Source of the DNA: a virus
Lineage: Duplodnaviria > Heunggongvirae > Uroviricota > Caudoviricetes
Virus record (IMG/VR): IMGVR_UViG_2526164662_000048
Coordinates: 1-7,344 of that record
Strand: one strand, 5' to 3'
DNA: 7,344 nt
Below, in pieces: positions 7,074 through 7,344 of this stretch. How positions within the stretch are numbered: the first letter of the stretch is position 1; the number at the start of each line of letters is the position of its first letter. The notes below the pieces were generated by a model. It ran no database searches. It worked only from the letters and a program-made list of their open reading frames with translations, and was not told where the DNA came from. Both the position numbers and the translations under genes were made by a program.

Positions 7074-7286
7074 ATGGTCGGAGGGAATACCCGAAGGCCA
7101 GATGTGGAAAGGCCCCGGAAAACATCTCTGTTTAACCGAGGCCCTAACCGCATTACCTTGACAAGTGAAAGGTTAGCGCCTCTCCGGAAAAGGAGCAAGT
7201 GCTATGTCGCAAAAATCGCTTACGGCCATCACGTTCTGCGTGACGGCAATCCTCATCATCTGGATGTTGCACGGTTCGCTGTGTGA
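7074..7286 (+). CDS. Mok-like overlapping reading frame (70 codons) upstream of and overlapping the hok-like ORF
   Basis: 70-aa ORF in the track, in a different frame from the toxin ORF, starting 130 nt upstream of it and ending inside it. This is the mok/hok overlap architecture. The product is basic and low-complexity, as expected for a frame used for translational coupling rather than for its protein. Confidence 0.4.
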   Translation: MVGGNTRRPDVERPRKTSLFNRGPNRITLTSERLAPLRKRSKCYVAKIAYGHHVLRDGNPHHLDVARFAV

Positions 7287-7344
7287 AATACGGATGAGCT
7301 TCTGGGGAGCGGAGTTTGCGGCGTTCTTACAGTGTAAGCAGTAA
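7204..7344 (+). CDS. hok: Hok/Gef-family type I toxin, 46 aa
   Basis: Translates MSQKSLTAITFCVTAILIIWMLHGSLCEIRMSFWGAEFAAFLQCKQ: a single TM helix, then the SLCEIR motif and an E(F/V)AAF motif shared with Hok of plasmid R1 (..RKSLCEIRYRDGHREVAAF..). SD AGGAG 8 nt upstream. The stop codon is the last three bases of the window. The ORF is below the 60-aa cut-off of the supplied track. Confidence 0.6.
   Translation: MSQKSLTAITFCVTAILIIWMLHGSLCEIRMSFWGAEFAAFLQCKQ

Noticed and set aside
7158-7163. Perfect TTGACA hexamer on the plus strand upstream of the hok-like ORF
   Set aside because: No acceptable -10 element at 16 to 18 bp downstream (CTCTCC, TCTCCG, CTCCGG), so it is probably a chance match.
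6772-7198. ORFs 6772..6990(+), 6901..7125(-) and 7010..7198(-)
   Set aside because: The first is an alternative frame inside ogr. The minus-strand ORFs overlap ogr or the hok/mok leader antisense; any functional antisense product there would more likely be a Sok-like RNA than a protein.
1-7344. CRISPR arrays, tRNA or rRNA genes, IS elements and integrase or transposase genes
   Set aside because: I saw no regularly spaced direct repeats, no cloverleaf-compatible segments, no terminal inverted repeats and no recombinase-like ORFs anywhere in the window.

Overview
This window reads as the right-hand end of a P2-like (Peduovirus-type) prophage in an enterobacterial genome, carrying a low-GC cargo gene and followed by a hok/mok-like toxin locus. 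The minus strand carries a contractile-tail core block: tail sheath FI (3292..4476), tail tube FII (2780..3292), tail chaperone E with a -1 frameshift extension E' (2298..2725), and a tape measure T that starts at 2208 and runs off the left edge. The plus strand carries tail protein D (4634..5743) and the late activator Ogr (6753..7013). Two things stand out. First, a roughly 1 kb AT-rich insertion between D and ogr encodes a 221-aa membrane-anchored protein of unknown function with its own RBS and terminator; this is my best candidate for an undescribed phage-carried defence or exclusion gene. Second, the FI-FII-E-T block is inverted relative to D-ogr, which breaks the canonical P2 FETUD operon and leaves FI and D divergent. 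Downstream of ogr, where P2 synteny predicts attR, a Hok-family toxin ORF sits with an overlapping Mok-like frame. All calls are by eye from the sequence and from recalled family features; no database search was run.
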